DNA of 64,000 nucleotides, taken from Minisyncoccota bacterium. GTDB lineage: Bacteria > Patescibacteriota > Minisyncoccia > Minisyncoccales > GWA2-38-27. Where the stretch lies: positions 25,751-89,750 of the forward strand of contig JAQTZP010000004.1 in assembly GCA_028687715.1 (NCBI GenBank), in the 5' to 3' direction. A model generated the notes under the pieces. The model saw only the letters and a program-made list of their open reading frames with translations, ran no database searches and was not told the DNA's origin. The translations under genes were made by a program, and so were the position numbers. Positions 18,401 to 27,816 of the stretch are shown in pieces. Every line of letters starts with the position of its first letter. The first letter of the stretch is position 1.

Positions 18401-19758
18401 AGAGTAGGTTCTAAGGAAAGATTAGTGTTTGAAGCTTCAATCCAGATATTTCCAGCAGACTGACCCGGAGGGTTTATAAGTTCGCCCGTAAATGCTGTTA
18501 CATCAAAATTATCGCTTGTTATGCTTCCTTTAACTTGAACCCAGGTTCCTTTTATATTAACATTATTAGGATCGGCTGCAGTATGAAATCCTGTAGAATT
18601 AATTCCAGAAGAACCTATAAAAACTATTCCATTGGGAGCATACAAAGAAATCTTTCCAACTATCCCAGCGCCGCTGTATCCTGTAGCATAAAGATTGCTA
18701 TTCTGATAGCCGCTGTAAGCACTGTTATTAATCCCTGAACCTACTCTTACTCCTCTCTGCTGACCAGTTCCGTTTGCTTGCAGTATAATTTTTCCACTAC
18801 TTTTATAATCCTTGCAGAATCTTCTGAATTTATAAGTGACAGGATTTAATTGGCAAAGATTTCCGTAATCGCATTTCTCTTCCTTAGTACTTTCTTCACA
18901 GGCGCTGTAGGTATAGATATTGTCAGTTATCCAGATTCTCTCATTAGCCTTAATTACAATATTACTAGGCTCAAGCCCCTGGGCAAATAAATTATTGGCA
19001 TATAAAGAGTTAATAAACATATCAAAAGGGGCAGGCAGAATTGTTATCTGACCCGCCCTGCCAAAGCCAGCAGTAGAAAAACCAAATACCGGCGCAAAAA
19101 CCCAGCCATATATTGATTGAGAAGATAAGGACCCTGCTTTAATATCTTTTCCATAAATAGAGATATTTCCTCCGTCTCCGCTAATACCGGCACAACTTAT
19201 ATTCCCTACAGAAACTATCTTCCCTTTTAAAATCACATTACCTCCATTGCCTTGATAAACTACGGCGCTTAACTCTTGGCTAGGCTGATTAAAGATATCC
19301 CCTCCGATTACCAGTCCCTCATTGGTTCTAAAAGTAATATTTGACGGAATAAATGAAACTCCTGAATACTTATAAATAGTAACGCTTTTATACTCTATCA
19401 AATCATAGGCAAATAAGTTTATGTCCGTTAAACTAGGCCTAGTTATCCGTAAACCTTCATCCGGGGAGAAATAAATCTTTTTTGTCCCCTTGATCGCAAA
19501 AGAACTAGCGGTTAATTTTACCTTATCCAAATCATTGCCGCTCCCATCTCTTAAATCAAAAGTTAAACCTGCATTAATCACATTATCAACAAAACTCTTA
19601 TTAACGCAGATAGAATCATCAGCGTCTATTTCCGAACAGGTTGAACTTTGATTAACTAAAGTGCAATTGCAAGATGCGGCAGAAACTGAACCTCCTTTTA
19701 TGGTTATTATAAAAAAGAAAAGAGCAAAGATTATTATTTTTAGCTTTTTATTTTTCAT
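15493..19758 (-). CDS. Giant secreted/surface protein: signal peptide, Gly-rich beta-helix-like repeats, Cys-rich tandem modules, FN3-like and PKD-like C-terminal domains
   Basis: 1421 aa. N-terminal signal peptide (KLKIIIFALFFFIITIKGGSVSAAS). Recurrent GGxGGxI(S/T)(L/V/I) motifs. Five or more ~31-aa Cys-rich modules. A CCCGDGIRDAGEECGEPG motif. An AYQVQV...YYWRVMVWD FN3-like segment, and a PKD-like end. Confidence 0.85.
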   Translation of the reverse strand: MKNKKLKIIIFALFFFIITIKGGSVSAASCNCTLVNQSSTCSEIDADDSICVNKSFVDNVINAGLTFDLRDGSGNDLDKVKLTASSFAIKGTKKIYFSPDEGLRITRPSLTDINLFAYDLIEYKSVTIYKYSGVSFIPSNITFRTNEGLVIGGDIFNQPSQELSAVVYQGNGGNVILKGKIVSVGNISCAGISGDGGNISIYGKDIKAGSLSSQSIYGWVFAPVFGFSTAGFGRAGQITILPAPFDMFINSLYANNLFAQGLEPSNIVIKANERIWITDNIYTYSACEESTKEEKCDYGNLCQLNPVTYKFRRFCKDYKSSGKIILQANGTGQQRGVRVGSGINNSAYSGYQNSNLYATGYSGAGIVGKISLYAPNGIVFIGSSGINSTGFHTAADPNNVNIKGTWVQVKGSITSDNFDVTAFTGELINPPGQSAGNIWIEASNTNLSLEPTLLIENPIYARARYAFAPNGGDVNLVSNYRIEGTAPNGWGRSLIADTSGFTPSDPSPYGSLWYLKEGVSLDPATGSFISDTDAFCREQTHEYYNGTDGQDGVSGGNGGNISVTSPRIQWASGTNILDLKSNGGNGSRGGIGAGGNYCSVGGIYYQGPVTHTMYERGSGGQGGTGGIGGSITVSASRIHCFKSLVLKSNGGKGGESGDYNVMATPFDIYNNHTGNCDLTGWRDKAVKEIKVAEVSGAGGAGGNITLKPMPTDDPIENITAEIKGGDGGDTGDGDYSSYPWYCTNPKSGAELINIAKSGGPNLQTPCQTRVLSPEEVASGISRTSGVVEIAQTGFSSYGGQSGASGGDGGSILIDSPLDISILKNFYASGGIGRRGGTGQSSSINQPGNGGIGGKGGNAGTIQLTNINIIQGQLNPGAGGAGGLQGASVLDLPRADSFCAYSGTYPYWDYGVECPVDSPYCCSYSGLNSCRTKDPLLGGSNYSAENFSIKFIPPSNNGSAGEIGSSVQISSIPSASKGPESCAGEGGGIVSFQDWGSHNICYAEYCIAVMDQGPDECSDSTICRTDDKHRACGVNICNLVSGEGSDECFSNSDCGETHLDCSANRCVSVSGGGEDKCLDDSGCDGSHYECVGTTCVPQPGEGKNECLSNNDCDKQHLECDSSNSCVSVSGEGSNQCFSYEDCEGKSKICTFSNGMIACLLSAKSQLPDECSSDEDCCCGDGIRDAGEECGEPGLNLCFPYQQCINCRCEGEPSNNPPNAPSNISFNPSATDCCDAVPSVAFSWTYSDPDEGDLQSAYQVQVATDEGFNNLIIDTNKVQSSSNSYATQSINFSTNYYWRVMVWDTNGPIDSPWASSTIPSIAEYPCPSFTWDPSNPNVGENTDFFSAGTTCPSGPCNYLWTFESGTPASSTSPNPANIKFNSEGSKEVVLMVTDSLSRDCSLAIDVPIGMTLLPPEWIEIPPF
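16270..16760 (-). repeat. In-frame divergent tandem repeat (~93 nt / ~31 aa Cys-rich module) inside the giant gene
   Basis: The protein shows repeated H-x-(D/E)-C-x3-5-C-V-x-V-S-G-x-G-x-(D/N)-x-C-x3-(N/S/E)-D-C units, for example HLDCSANRCVSVSGGGEDKCLDDSGC and HLECDSSNSCVSVSGEGSNQCFSYEDC. Confidence 0.6.
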
Positions 19759-19923
19759 AGATTATGTCTTTTACTTATTATGAGATTTATTTTAAAAAAA
19801 AGCGAGTGGATAAATAAGGCATCTTTTTTTATTTTATTATAACCAGAATTAAATTAAAAGAAGGAAAATAGACAAAATCCATTTTTTAAGATAAAATAAA
19901 GCTAAATTAACATTATTAAACCT

Positions 19924-20643
19924 ATGAGCGGACACAGTCATTGGAGTTCAATAAAAAGAGGAAAAGAAATTGAGGATAAAAAAAGAGGAAAGATTTTCTC
20001 AAAGCTTTCCAAGATTATAACTTTAAGCGCCAGAGAAAAAGGAGGAAATCCTGATGCTAATCCGAAGTTAAGAATAGCGATTGAAAAGGCGAAAGAAGCC
20101 AATATGCCCAAAGATAACATTGAAAGGGCAGTAAAGCGGGGCACAGGAGAATTGGCCGGAGAAAAGCTGGAAGAGTTTATCTTTGAAGCGTACGGACCTT
20201 CAGGCATTGCAGTAATAATTGAAGGAATTACTGATAATAGAAAAAGGGCGCTGGGGGATATAAAGCAGATTCTAAATCAATACAGCGGCAAACTGGCAAA
20301 CGAAGGTTCGGTTAAATGGCTTTTTGAAAGACAGGGAGTTTTAGAGATTGTAAAAGGTGAAAATAACTCAAAAGAAGAGCTTGAGCTTAAGGCTATTGAA
20401 GCTGGAGCCTTAGATTTTTTCTGGCATGATGAAGTTTTAGAAATATACACCAAGCCCGAAGAATTAGAGAATGTAAAAAAGAACCTTGAAGAATCTAAAT
20501 TAAAAATAGAGTCTGCGTCTTTGGGCTGGATTCCTAAAGAAAAGATTAAAATAGAAGGAAAAGACAAAGAAACCTCTGAAAAGCTGTTTGAAGCGCTTGA
20601 TGAAAATGAGGATGTCCAAGAGATATATTCAAACCTTTTATAA
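19924..20643 (+). CDS. yebC: YebC/PmpR family DNA-binding regulator
   Basis: 239 aa. Canonical N-terminus MSGHSHWSSIKRGK. Conserved yebC-ruvC synteny. Confidence 0.9.
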   Translation: MSGHSHWSSIKRGKEIEDKKRGKIFSKLSKIITLSAREKGGNPDANPKLRIAIEKAKEANMPKDNIERAVKRGTGELAGEKLEEFIFEAYGPSGIAVIIEGITDNRKRALGDIKQILNQYSGKLANEGSVKWLFERQGVLEIVKGENNSKEELELKAIEAGALDFFWHDEVLEIYTKPEELENVKKNLEESKLKIESASLGWIPKEKIKIEGKDKETSEKLFEALDENEDVQEIYSNLL

Positions 20644-20711
20644 CTAAACACAAGGATTTTCATTAATTTAGGCCTTTATTATTAAGGCTTGAAAACTGAA
20701 AATTAAAAACT

Positions 20712-21209
20712 TTGATAATATTAGGAATTGATCCGGGACTGGCAACCATAGGCTATGGGGTCTTAAAAAAGCCTAAAGATAAAAAAGATAAAATTAAAGT
20801 AATCGCCTACGACTGCATTACTACAAGCCCAAAGTTCAATCCCGGCCAGCGCCTTTATAAAATAAATAGAGAGCTTAATAAAATAATCAAGAAATACAAC
20901 CCTAAAGTTTTAGCCGTAGAAAACATTTATTTCTTTAAAAACTTAAAGACTGCAATGCCGGTAAGCCAAGCGAAAGGAGTAATTTTAATGACTGCGGCAA
21001 AGAAGAAAATTCCTGTTTTTGAAGTAACACCTCTGCAAGTCAAAATGACCGTGGCAGGCTACGGCAAAGCAGAAAAAAAGCAGGTTCAGAAAATGATCCA
21101 AATCCTGCTTGATTTAAAAGAATTCCCTAAAAAAGACGATGCCGCTGATGCTTTAGGGGTCGCCCTCTGCTGCGCCATAGAGAGTGAGAGAATAATTAAA
21201 CAATCTTAG
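20712..21209 (+). CDS. ruvC: Crossover junction endodeoxyribonuclease RuvC (TTG start)
   Basis: 165 aa. ILGIDPGLATIGYGV start and C-terminal DAADALGVALC. Confidence 0.88.
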   Translation: MIILGIDPGLATIGYGVLKKPKDKKDKIKVIAYDCITTSPKFNPGQRLYKINRELNKIIKKYNPKVLAVENIYFFKNLKTAMPVSQAKGVILMTAAKKKIPVFEVTPLQVKMTVAGYGKAEKKQVQKMIQILLDLKEFPKKDDAADALGVALCCAIESERIIKQS

Positions 21210-22389
21210 CAAACCTTCTTTTTCCTGCTTTAATTATCATTCCTTTTTTTATTTCAATAATCTTTTCTAAATCAGCTTGAACTTCATTATCAATTCTTAC
21301 TGCTCTTTGGACAATCAGCCTTTTTGCTTCAGATTTTGAAGAAACCAGCCTTAATTTAACCAGCAAATCAATAATAGGAATTCTTTCCCCTTCTATTTTA
21401 ACCTCGTCAATATCTGTCGGAGCCTTTTTATTCTTAAAAACTCTCTCAAACTCTTTTTCCGATTCAGATGCCAGCTTCTCTCCGTGATAAATTCTTACAA
21501 TTTCTTTGGCAAGCCATAATTTAAGGTCTTTAGGATTTGCCTTGCCTTTCAATTCTTTTTTAATCTGCTGAATTTCTTTTAAAGAGGCATCGGTAGCTAG
21601 TTCAAAATAATCTGGTATAAGGTTATCGGTCATTGACATTATCCTGCCGAACATCTCTTGAGGTTTATCCATTATTGTTATAATATTGCCCCAGCTGGTA
21701 GACATCTTTCTTGAATCAAGGCCCGGAAGCATCTTTAAGGTCATGATATCCTGAACAGGCATATTAGAGGTTTCTTGGAGCTGGCGTCCTACTTTTAAAT
21801 TAAACAATTGATCAGTGCCTCCAATCTCAACATCGGCAGAAACAGCAACTGAGTCGTATCCCTGAAACAAAGGGTACAAAAGCTCGTGAAGGCCTATAGG
21901 CTTACTGCTGGCCCATCTCTCCTTGAAGTTTCTTCTTGTAATCATCTGCTGGGCAGTAAAGTTCATTGAAAGAGAAATAAGGTCTTTGGAGTTAAGTTTT
22001 TTAAGCCATTTGCTATTGTAGCAAAATTCTGTTTTCTTTATATCCAATATCTTTCCTATCTGCCTCTTATAATCCTTCATATTCTCTTTTATCTCATTTT
22101 CTGACAAAGACCTTCTCATTGAAGTTTTATCAGAAGCATCGCCTATCAAAGCAGTAAAATCGCCGATAATTAAAACAATCTGATGCCCCAAATCCTGAAA
22201 CGCCTTAAGTTTTCTAAACTGAAGAGCCCTGCCCAAGTGAATCCTTGGACCGGTTGGGTCAATTCCGTGTTTTATTCTAAGCTTTTTCCCAGATTTCAGT
22301 TTCTTTATCAAGCTGTCTTTTTCAATAACTTCTTCAACCCCTTTTGTCAGAATTTCTTCAATTTTTTTCTCATCGCTATTTATTTTCAT
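21196..22389 (-). CDS. tyrS: Tyrosine--tRNA ligase
   Basis: 397 aa. HIGH-region variant GIDPTGPRIHLGRA, LLYPLFQGYDSVA, GGTDQLFN, KMSKS variant KMSTS, and a C-terminal S4-like domain (SKSEAKRLI). Confidence 0.85.
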   Translation of the reverse strand: MKINSDEKKIEEILTKGVEEVIEKDSLIKKLKSGKKLRIKHGIDPTGPRIHLGRALQFRKLKAFQDLGHQIVLIIGDFTALIGDASDKTSMRRSLSENEIKENMKDYKRQIGKILDIKKTEFCYNSKWLKKLNSKDLISLSMNFTAQQMITRRNFKERWASSKPIGLHELLYPLFQGYDSVAVSADVEIGGTDQLFNLKVGRQLQETSNMPVQDIMTLKMLPGLDSRKMSTSWGNIITIMDKPQEMFGRIMSMTDNLIPDYFELATDASLKEIQQIKKELKGKANPKDLKLWLAKEIVRIYHGEKLASESEKEFERVFKNKKAPTDIDEVKIEGERIPIIDLLVKLRLVSSKSEAKRLIVQRAVRIDNEVQADLEKIIEIKKGMIIKAGKRRFAKIV

Positions 22390-22433
22390 ACAATTTTATT
22401 TTATGATAAAAATACAAGATTGTAAATCCATTT

Positions 22434-24434
22434 ATGCCTAAAAGAGTTTTCAGCAGAAAAGTGTACAAAAAAGATAAAAGAAAAGAGATAATCTCTTTAG
22501 TTCTGAAATTATCAGTTTTAGCTTTAATAGCAGCTCCGGTTGTTATGGTTTTTTTATTTCTTTACTATTCAAAGGACCTGCCCCGACCGGAAAAGTTTAC
22601 TGAAAAAACCTTTGTTGAATCCACTAAGATTTACGACAGAACCGGAAAGGTATTGCTGTTTGAGATGTACGGAGAGGAAAAAAGAGAAACAGTTCCCCTT
22701 GATTCAGTCTCCGACTATTTAAAAAAAGCAGTCATCTCGGTAGAGGATGCCAATTTCTACTCCCATTATGGAATTGATATTACAGGTATCTTCAGAGCGA
22801 TTAAAACAGATATAATAATTGGGAAGCCGGCTTTCGGCGGTTCAACAATCTCCCAGCAGCTTATCCGTTCAACCTTTCTAACCCCTGAAAAGACAATAAA
22901 AAGGAAAATAAGGGAGATAATCCTAACTTTAGAGCTTGAAAGAAAGTATTCAAAAGACCAAATCTTAGAATGGTATCTTAACCAAATTCCCTTTGGTCCC
23001 AACCTTTACGGAGTAGAAACCGCTTCAAAAGCATACTTTGAAAAATCTGCCAAAGACCTTTCTTTAAACGAAGCCGCAGCCTTAGCTGCTGTGATTCAGG
23101 CGCCGAGCTATTTTTCTCCTTACGGTCCGAATAAAGAAGAACTAGTCAACAGGAAGAATTATGTTTTAGAAAGAATGAACCAGGAAGGATATATCACAAA
23201 AGAAGAGCTTGAAAGCGCTAAAGCCCAGGAGCTGGCTTTTTCAGAATCTGTTGGTTCAATAAAAGCTCCTCATTTTGTTTTTTACATCCAGAACTATCTT
23301 TTAGAAAACTACGGTAAAGATATGCTTGAGAAAGGAGGTCTCAATATTTATACTTCTTTGGACTGGGAGCTTCAAGAAACTGCTGAAAAAGCAGTTTTAG
23401 AAGGAGTTGAAAAGAATAAAAATTACAAGGTAAATAATGCGGCCCTGGTTGCAATAGACCCGAAAACAGGAGAAGTACTGGCAATGGTTGGCTCAAAAAA
23501 CTGGTTTGGAGACCCTTATCCTGAAGGATGCACTTCTGGAAAAGACTGCCTCTTTGACCCTAAGGTTAATGTAGCAACGTATAATATAGGAAGACAGCCC
23601 GGCTCTTCCTTTAAGCCCTTTGTTTACGCCACTGCTTTTTCAAAAGGTTATGACGATAAATATGTTGTAGTAGATGAAGAAACTAATTTTGGAATCTTTG
23701 GAGGAAAACCCTATATCCCCAGAAATTATGACGGGAAATTCAGGGGTCCGGTTACTTTGCGCCAGGCCTTGGCCCAGTCGCTCAACATTCCCGCTGTGAA
23801 AACTTTAGCCTATCTGGCCGGACAAAAAGACAGCATTGAAACAGCGAAAAAGCTGGGAATTACAACTCTAAACAAACCTTATTCATATTACGGACTTTCA
23901 ATTGTCTTGGGAGGAGGAGAAGTCAAGCTCTTGGATATGGTTTCTGCTTACGGTGTTTTTGCAACCGAAGGATACAGAATCCCCCCTGTTTCTGTTTTAA
24001 GAATAGAAGATTCAAAGGGAAATATTTTAGAGCAGAACAACAAGATTTCTAAAATGGTCTTGGAAAAAAGGTCAGCGGTGATATTAAACAGCATTCTTTC
24101 AGACAATGACGCCAGAGCTCCTATGTTCGGCTATAATTCTTTATTGTATTTTAAAGACTATCAGGTGGCAGTAAAAACAGGAACAACTGATGACTTTAAA
24201 GACGGATGGATTATAGGGTATACGCCTTCTGTCGTCCTTGGGGTCTGGGTAGGCAATAATAATAATGTTTCAATGAGCAAAGAACCAGGGGTGGTTTTAG
24301 CCGGACCCATCTGGAGAAGCGTAATGAGCTATATTCTTCCCAAGCTCCCTAGGGAAAACTTCACTCCTATTGAAACTATTGAGCCTCAAAAAACTGACTC
24401 TGAAATAATAGAAGAAATTGAGACAAATCCCTAG
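22434..24434 (+). CDS. Bifunctional class A penicillin-binding protein (glycosyltransferase + transpeptidase)
   Basis: 666 aa. N-terminal TM helix. GT51 motifs EDANFYSHYGID and GGSTISQQL. Transpeptidase motifs SSFKP and KTGTT. Confidence 0.9.
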   Translation: MPKRVFSRKVYKKDKRKEIISLVLKLSVLALIAAPVVMVFLFLYYSKDLPRPEKFTEKTFVESTKIYDRTGKVLLFEMYGEEKRETVPLDSVSDYLKKAVISVEDANFYSHYGIDITGIFRAIKTDIIIGKPAFGGSTISQQLIRSTFLTPEKTIKRKIREIILTLELERKYSKDQILEWYLNQIPFGPNLYGVETASKAYFEKSAKDLSLNEAAALAAVIQAPSYFSPYGPNKEELVNRKNYVLERMNQEGYITKEELESAKAQELAFSESVGSIKAPHFVFYIQNYLLENYGKDMLEKGGLNIYTSLDWELQETAEKAVLEGVEKNKNYKVNNAALVAIDPKTGEVLAMVGSKNWFGDPYPEGCTSGKDCLFDPKVNVATYNIGRQPGSSFKPFVYATAFSKGYDDKYVVVDEETNFGIFGGKPYIPRNYDGKFRGPVTLRQALAQSLNIPAVKTLAYLAGQKDSIETAKKLGITTLNKPYSYYGLSIVLGGGEVKLLDMVSAYGVFATEGYRIPPVSVLRIEDSKGNILEQNNKISKMVLEKRSAVILNSILSDNDARAPMFGYNSLLYFKDYQVAVKTGTTDDFKDGWIIGYTPSVVLGVWVGNNNNVSMSKEPGVVLAGPIWRSVMSYILPKLPRENFTPIETIEPQKTDSEIIEEIETNP

Positions 24435-24536
24435 CGCTGCAATAAAAAAGTCCTTGTTTTCCCCTTGTTGTTTGTTTTTTATCTGTGGTAGAATAAATCA
24501 AAAGTCGATAAGGAAATAATATTTTCTGAATTTAAC

Positions 24537-24950
24537 ATGGCTGATTACTCAAAAGACCAGCTTTGGGATCTTTACGAAAGCCTGCCCAAAGAGCTTCAAA
24601 AAGCTATTTTTTCCTCTGAAAATGCTGACAAGATATACAATATAGCCGTAAAGAACGGATTAGAGGAAGAAAACATTCCAATTGTTTCTAAATATACAGG
24701 CTATGTTCTTTTAGGAATTATGCCGCCTGACGAGTTCCAGAAAACAATCAAGAAAGATTTAAAACTCTCAGAGCAGACTGCCAAAAAGATTGCCCTAGAA
24801 ATAAACAGGTTTATCTTTTATCCAGTAAAAAACAGCTTGGAGGCATTATACAGGATTGAAATTGAATCAAGTCCAAAGACCTTAAAAGAAAAAGCCTCTG
24901 AACCTGTTAAAAAAACATTAAAAGATAAATACAGAGAAGAAGTAGGATAA
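24537..24950 (+). CDS. Hypothetical protein, first gene of the T4SS-like operon
   Basis: 137-aa ORF immediately upstream of the PrgI-like gene. No recognisable motif. Confidence 0.5.
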   Translation: MADYSKDQLWDLYESLPKELQKAIFSSENADKIYNIAVKNGLEEENIPIVSKYTGYVLLGIMPPDEFQKTIKKDLKLSEQTAKKIALEINRFIFYPVKNSLEALYRIEIESSPKTLKEKASEPVKKTLKDKYREEVG

Positions 24951-24958
24951 AAGATCTT

Positions 24959-25360
24959 ATGCAGTTTATTGTCCCTAAAATAGAAAGGAAATTAAGAATA
25001 GGGCCTCTCACCTTAGAACAGCTTGTTTATCTTGTTGTCGGCGGAGCAATCTCTTTTTTACTCTATCATTCAATCCCGCTTACCTCTTTTATTATTGCTT
25101 CAAGCCTGGTGATAACCCTAACTCTGCTTATGGCTTTTGGAAAAATAGGTAGAGATTCTTTTCCCGTGTTTATAAAAAAGGCGTTTTTATTCGCACTAAG
25201 CTCAAAGATTTATCTTTGGAAAAGAAAAGAAATATCTGTTAGTTTTGCTCCTGAGAAAAAAAGTAAATTAAAAGAAGAAAAGGAGGAGGAAGGCTTAAAA
25301 ATAGCCCAGTACAGCAGGCTTAAAGACTTATCAACAAAATTAGAAACCAAATCAAAATAA
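24959..25360 (+). CDS. PrgI-family-like small membrane protein (T4SS-associated)
   Basis: 133 aa. The N-terminus MQFIVPKIERKLRIGPLTLEQL, followed by two TM helices, resembles PrgI-family proteins of Gram-positive-type T4SS. Confidence 0.55.
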   Translation: MQFIVPKIERKLRIGPLTLEQLVYLVVGGAISFLLYHSIPLTSFIIASSLVITLTLLMAFGKIGRDSFPVFIKKAFLFALSSKIYLWKRKEISVSFAPEKKSKLKEEKEEEGLKIAQYSRLKDLSTKLETKSK

Positions 25361-26011
25361 TTGTTTATGGCGAAATCAATAACTCAGGATTTCTTGCAGT
25401 TCAGCCAAATCAAAGACGGAATTCTTGTTCTAAAAAACAAGGGATTAAGAGCTGTTTTAATGGTCTCTTCTTTGAATTTTGAACTTAAATCAGAAGACGA
25501 GCAAAATGCAATTCTTTATCAGTTCCAGAACTTTTTAAACTCTCTGGATTTTTCTTGTCAGATTATAATCCATTCAAGGAGATTGAATATGGCAGGATAT
25601 TTAGACAGGCTTAAAGAGATAGAAAAGAACGAAAGAAACGAACTGTTAAAAATCCAAATAAATGAATATCAAAAATTTATTGAGAGCATTGTAGGAGAAG
25701 GAACGATTATGCAGAAGAACTTCTATGTAGTAGTTCCTTTTTCTTTAATGGAAATACCTGCTAAATCATTGTCTGAAACAGGAAAAAAAATCACTAAAAT
25801 AATCAATGAATTAACCGAGGAAGAGTTTAAAAGAGCCAGAACCCAGCTGCTTCAAAGAGCGGAATTTGTGGCTTTGGGATTAAGGAGTTCAGGACTCCAA
25901 AGCGTTCTTTTAAACACCATGGAAGTTTCCGAGCTTTTCTGGAGCCTCCATCATCCAACAGAATCAGAACAAGGGTATTATCCTGAAATCCCTCCGGAAC
26001 TTACTTCTTAA
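25361..26011 (+). CDS. T4SS-associated protein resembling a VirB4/TraC N-terminal region
   Basis: 216 aa (track TTG start; alternative ATG at 25367). The pattern FSQIKDGILVLKNKGLRAVLMVSSLNFELKSEDEQ resembles VirB4-type N-termini. It sits directly upstream of the ATPase gene. Confidence 0.45.
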   Translation: MFMAKSITQDFLQFSQIKDGILVLKNKGLRAVLMVSSLNFELKSEDEQNAILYQFQNFLNSLDFSCQIIIHSRRLNMAGYLDRLKEIEKNERNELLKIQINEYQKFIESIVGEGTIMQKNFYVVVPFSLMEIPAKSLSETGKKITKIINELTEEEFKRARTQLLQRAEFVALGLRSSGLQSVLLNTMEVSELFWSLHHPTESEQGYYPEIPPELTS

Positions 26012-26016
26012 TTTTT

Positions 26017-27816
26017 ATGTTGTTTCCTTTTTTTAAAAAAAGAGATAGAAAAACACCAGAAATTCCCTCGTCTGACCCTTTTAATATCGCTGATATAATA
26101 GCCCCGTCTTTTATTGAGATAAAGCATAGTTACCTGAAAATGGGAGAACGACTGGCTAAAACCTATTTTATCTTTTCATATCCAAGATATCTAAACACCG
26201 GATGGTTTTCTCCGGTGATAAATCTCAGCTTCCCGATAGACGTCTCCATCTATATTCATCCCATTGACAGCGCAGAAGCTTTAAAGCAGTTAAGGAGAAA
26301 AGTAACAGAGGTTCAGGCGGAAATATCAGAACGAGAGGAAAAAGGATTAATCCGCGACCCGGCGCTTGAAACTGCTTATACAGACTTAGAAGACTTAAGA
26401 GACAGGCTTCAAACGGCCCAGGAAAAGATGTTTAATTTTTCTGTTTATGTAACTTCTTATGCTGACAATGAAAAAGAGTTAAGAGATATAGAGATTGAAC
26501 TGCGCTCTATTTTGGAATCACGACTGATATATATAAAGCCGGCCCTATACCAGCAGAAAGAAGGGTTTTTATCAACCTCTCCCTACAACTTGGACCTTTT
26601 AATGGTGTCTAACAAATTAAACACAAGCCCGCTTTCAACATCGTTCCCTTTTGTCTCATTTGACTTAAGCTCAAACGAAGGGATTCTTTACGGCCTAAAC
26701 AAGCATAATGCCTCTCTTGTCTTGTTTGACCGATTTTCATTAGCCAATGCCAATTCAGTTATCTTTGGGGTAAGCGGCAGCGGAAAAAGCTATGCCATTA
26801 AGCTTGAGATTTTAAGATACCTGATGCTTAATGTTGATGTTATTGTAATCGACCCTGAAAATGAATACAGATTCCTTTCTGATGCCGTAGGCGGCTCTTT
26901 TTTCGAAATATCTCTTTCATCTGACAATCACATTAATCCCTTTGACCTTCCTCAGCCTAAAGAAGATGAAAAGCCTTCTGATGTTTTAAGGTCAAACATA
27001 ATAAACATGGTTGGTCTGATAAGAATAATGCTTGGCGGATTAACGCCTGAAGAAGACGCTATTATAGACCAGGCAATAACCGAAACATACGCTGCCAAAG
27101 ATATTACTCCTGAAAGCGACCCAAAGCTCTGGGGTAAAAAAGAAGGACTGGAATTTCCTATTATGAGCGATTTAGAGGAGGTTCTTTCTACTATGGAAGG
27201 AGCTGAATCGCTTGTTAGAAGAATCCAAAGGTTTACAAAAGGGGTTTACTCCAATTTCTTTAATCAGCCTTCAAACGTTGATACGACAAATAGAATGGTT
27301 GTTTTCGGCATCAGAGACATGGAAGACGAACTAAGACCCATGGCTTTATTTATAATCCTAAGATATGTCTGGAAAACAATTACCTCCAAGATGAAAAAAC
27401 GCCTCCTTATAATAGACGAAGCCTGGTGGCTGATGAAAAATGAAGATGGAGCTTCATTTCTATTCGGCACTGTCAAAAGAGCCAGGAAATACTGGCTGGG
27501 AGTAACCACTATCACCCAGGACGTAAACGATTTTATGAAGTCTGATTACGGAAAACCGATTATCACCAATTCAGAGCTCCTTGTTTTAATGAAGCAGAGC
27601 CCGGCTACTATTGAAACGGTCAAAAATACCTTTAATCTAACAGAAGAAGAAAAGCTTTTACTGCTTGAATCTCCGACTGGCGAAGGGATATTTTTTGCCG
27701 GAACCAAGCATGTTTTAATAAGGGTGCTTGCTTCATACACCGAAGACCAGATAATCACCACAGCGCCTGAAGAGATTATAAAAATAAAGGAGGCTAAAAA
27801 AGAATTAGAAAGCTAA
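26017..27816 (+). CDS. VirB4/TrsE/PrgJ-like type IV secretion ATPase
   Basis: 599 aa. Walker A GVSGSGKSY, Walker B LLIIDEAW, and a TQD motif (TTITQDVNDF). Confidence 0.8.
   Translation: MLFPFFKKRDRKTPEIPSSDPFNIADIIAPSFIEIKHSYLKMGERLAKTYFIFSYPRYLNTGWFSPVINLSFPIDVSIYIHPIDSAEALKQLRRKVTEVQAEISEREEKGLIRDPALETAYTDLEDLRDRLQTAQEKMFNFSVYVTSYADNEKELRDIEIELRSILESRLIYIKPALYQQKEGFLSTSPYNLDLLMVSNKLNTSPLSTSFPFVSFDLSSNEGILYGLNKHNASLVLFDRFSLANANSVIFGVSGSGKSYAIKLEILRYLMLNVDVIVIDPENEYRFLSDAVGGSFFEISLSSDNHINPFDLPQPKEDEKPSDVLRSNIINMVGLIRIMLGGLTPEEDAIIDQAITETYAAKDITPESDPKLWGKKEGLEFPIMSDLEEVLSTMEGAESLVRRIQRFTKGVYSNFFNQPSNVDTTNRMVVFGIRDMEDELRPMALFIILRYVWKTITSKMKKRLLIIDEAWWLMKNEDGASFLFGTVKRARKYWLGVTTITQDVNDFMKSDYGKPIITNSELLVLMKQSPATIETVKNTFNLTEEEKLLLLESPTGEGIFFAGTKHVLIRVLASYTEDQIITTAPEEIIKIKEAKKELES

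Noticed and set aside
16269-18738. Plus-strand ORFs inside the giant gene (16269..16700, 16535..16729, 18535..18738) and the nested minus-strand ORF 16794..17027.
   Set aside because: They lie entirely within a 4.3-kb ORF that has coherent domain architecture. Their sequences are compositionally odd and motif-free.
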